Assembly (NCBI GenBank): GCA_022792755.1
Contig: JAAWBP010000082.1
Span: 1-54,732 of the forward strand
Direction of reading: 5' to 3'
DNA: 54,732 bases
Source of the DNA: Oscillospiraceae bacterium
Lineage (GTDB): Bacteria > Bacillota > Clostridia > Oscillospirales > Ruminococcaceae
Positions 53,953-54,732 of the stretch are shown here, in pieces. Every line of letters starts with the position of its first letter. Positions within the stretch are counted from its first letter, which is position 1. The position numbers and the translations under genes were made by a program. The notes beneath the pieces were generated by a model. The model had not been told where the DNA came from. It was given only the letters and a program-made list of their open reading frames with translations, and did not search any database.

Positions 53953-54732
53953 ATGCCTATTTTGGTGACCAATATTCGGAGTGGTCTCGGTGAAGCCGAG
54001 GAGGTGATCCTCGAAAAAGCGATGCAGCGGCTGGGTGTCAAACGCTCCGCGGTGAAAGAAGCCGCAGTTTCAAAGACCACGGTGGATGCGAGAAGGGGAA
54101 GAATTTCTCTTGTCAGCTCAGTTCTTTTACAGCTGGAGGGAGATGAGGAGAAACAGGCAGCGCGTGCGGCCGACCCGCAGATCACCTATCGCCGGGAAGA
54201 ACCGCTCTCCCTTTCCCGCGGTATGGAAAGGCTGTCTGCACCGATTGTAGTGGCGGGATTCGGCCCGGCAGGGATGTTTGCCGGGCTTCTACTCTCGGAA
54301 CAGGGGTATCCCGTGGTGATTTTAGAGCGGGGGAGCCGGGTCGAGAAGCGGACGGAATCAGTCGGCCGGTTTTGGAGCGGCGGACCTCTGAACCCCGAAT
54401 GCAACGTCCAGTTTGGCGAGGGGGGCGCTGGTACCTTTTCCGACGGAAAGCTCACGACGCGGATCGGGGATCCGCGCTGCGGCTATGTTTTGAAGCGTTT
54501 TGTGGAGTTCGGCGCGCCGGAGGAAATTTTAGTCAAAGCAAAACCCCATGTGGGGACAGACCACTTAAAAGGGATTGTCCGCAGTATCCGGGAGCGCATC
54601 CTAAAAAACGGCGGACAAATTCGTTTTGACTGCAGGCTGGAGGAAATCTGTGAAGAAGGGGATTCCCTGCGCCTTCGACTGGCGGACGGCGAAGAGCTCG
54701 AAGCCGCCGCCTTGATCCTTGCGGTTGGGCAC
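53953..54732 (+). CDS. FAD-dependent oxidoreductase (COG2509-like); the 3' end runs off the window
   Basis: This frame is absent from the ORF track because it has no stop in the window. My translation from the ATG at 53953 (AGGAGGA RBS) reads MPILVTNIRSGLGEAEEVILEKAMQRLGV..VVAGFGPAGMFAGLLL..NVQFGEGGAGTFSDGKLTTRIGD..KPHVGTDHL. Confidence 0.85.
   Translation, partial: MPILVTNIRSGLGEAEEVILEKAMQRLGVKRSAVKEAAVSKTTVDARRGRISLVSSVLLQLEGDEEKQAARAADPQITYRREEPLSLSRGMERLSAPIVVAGFGPAGMFAGLLLSEQGYPVVILERGSRVEKRTESVGRFWSGGPLNPECNVQFGEGGAGTFSDGKLTTRIGDPRCGYVLKRFVEFGAPEEILVKAKPHVGTDHLKGIVRSIRERILKNGGQIRFDCRLEEICEEGDSLRLRLADGEELEAAALILAVGH

Noticed and set aside
1-54732. Whole-window look for CRISPR arrays, tandem repeats, IS elements, integrases, phage genes, rRNA or tRNA.
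   Set aside because: I saw no regularly spaced direct repeats, transposase or integrase-like ORFs, or tRNA/rRNA signatures by eye. A computational repeat, tRNAscan and Rfam scan was not run and would be the decisive check.

Overview
This is a 54.7-kb chromosomal segment from a spore-forming Firmicute, probably a member of Clostridia. That assignment is inferred from SpoIIE, a PASTA-tailed class B PBP, a DNPR-type MurE and GGAGG ribosome-binding sites. I support 50 protein-coding genes. I saw no rRNA, tRNA, CRISPR array, transposase, integrase or phage gene.

Gene content in window order:
- Partial Fe-S hydro-lyase beta subunit, then a DivIVA-like coiled-coil protein.
- serC-serA.
- A DUF4358 lipoprotein and a nitroreductase.
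- A minus-strand dcw cluster: mraZ-rsmH-ftsL-PBP-murE-murF-mraY-ftsW-murG-murA-ftsQ, then ftsZ. murD and ftsA are not present in this cluster.
- A sugar-phosphate isomerase-like gene.
- A pit-DUF47-CorA-like operon.
- nhaC, a GNAT, an SDR and an L,D-transpeptidase.
- spoIIE and gltX.
- An AT-rich two-gene islet (XRE regulator plus S51 peptidase).
- rpsT, an SNF-family transporter and a second GNAT.
- A seven-gene glucuronate/aldouronate operon (uxaC-CE15-aguA-uxuB-uxuA-eda-kdgK) with a divergent AraC regulator.
- A truncated MetH-like homocysteine methyltransferase.
- ispD-ispF, a SnoaL-like protein and DUF3343 plus a cysteine desulfurase.
- cdaA-cdaR, then a partial FAD-dependent oxidoreductase.

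Most of the window is ordinary core genome, and I found no convincing new multi-gene system. The observations most worth a second look:
- A textbook-looking triple-repeat MraZ operator over the transcription start of the dcw promoter.
- A spoIIE promoter with a 21-nt spacer, the architecture associated with Spo0A dependence.
- A CorA-like protein that lacks the GMN motif and sits in one operon with a PiT phosphate carrier.
- An apparently cytoplasmic CE15 esterase plus GH67 pair inside the uronate operon.
- A KDPG-aldolase fused to a VOC-like domain.
- A cleanly truncated MetH-like gene.
- The AT-rich XRE/S51 islet.

All family assignments come from reading the translated ORFs by eye. No database search was run.
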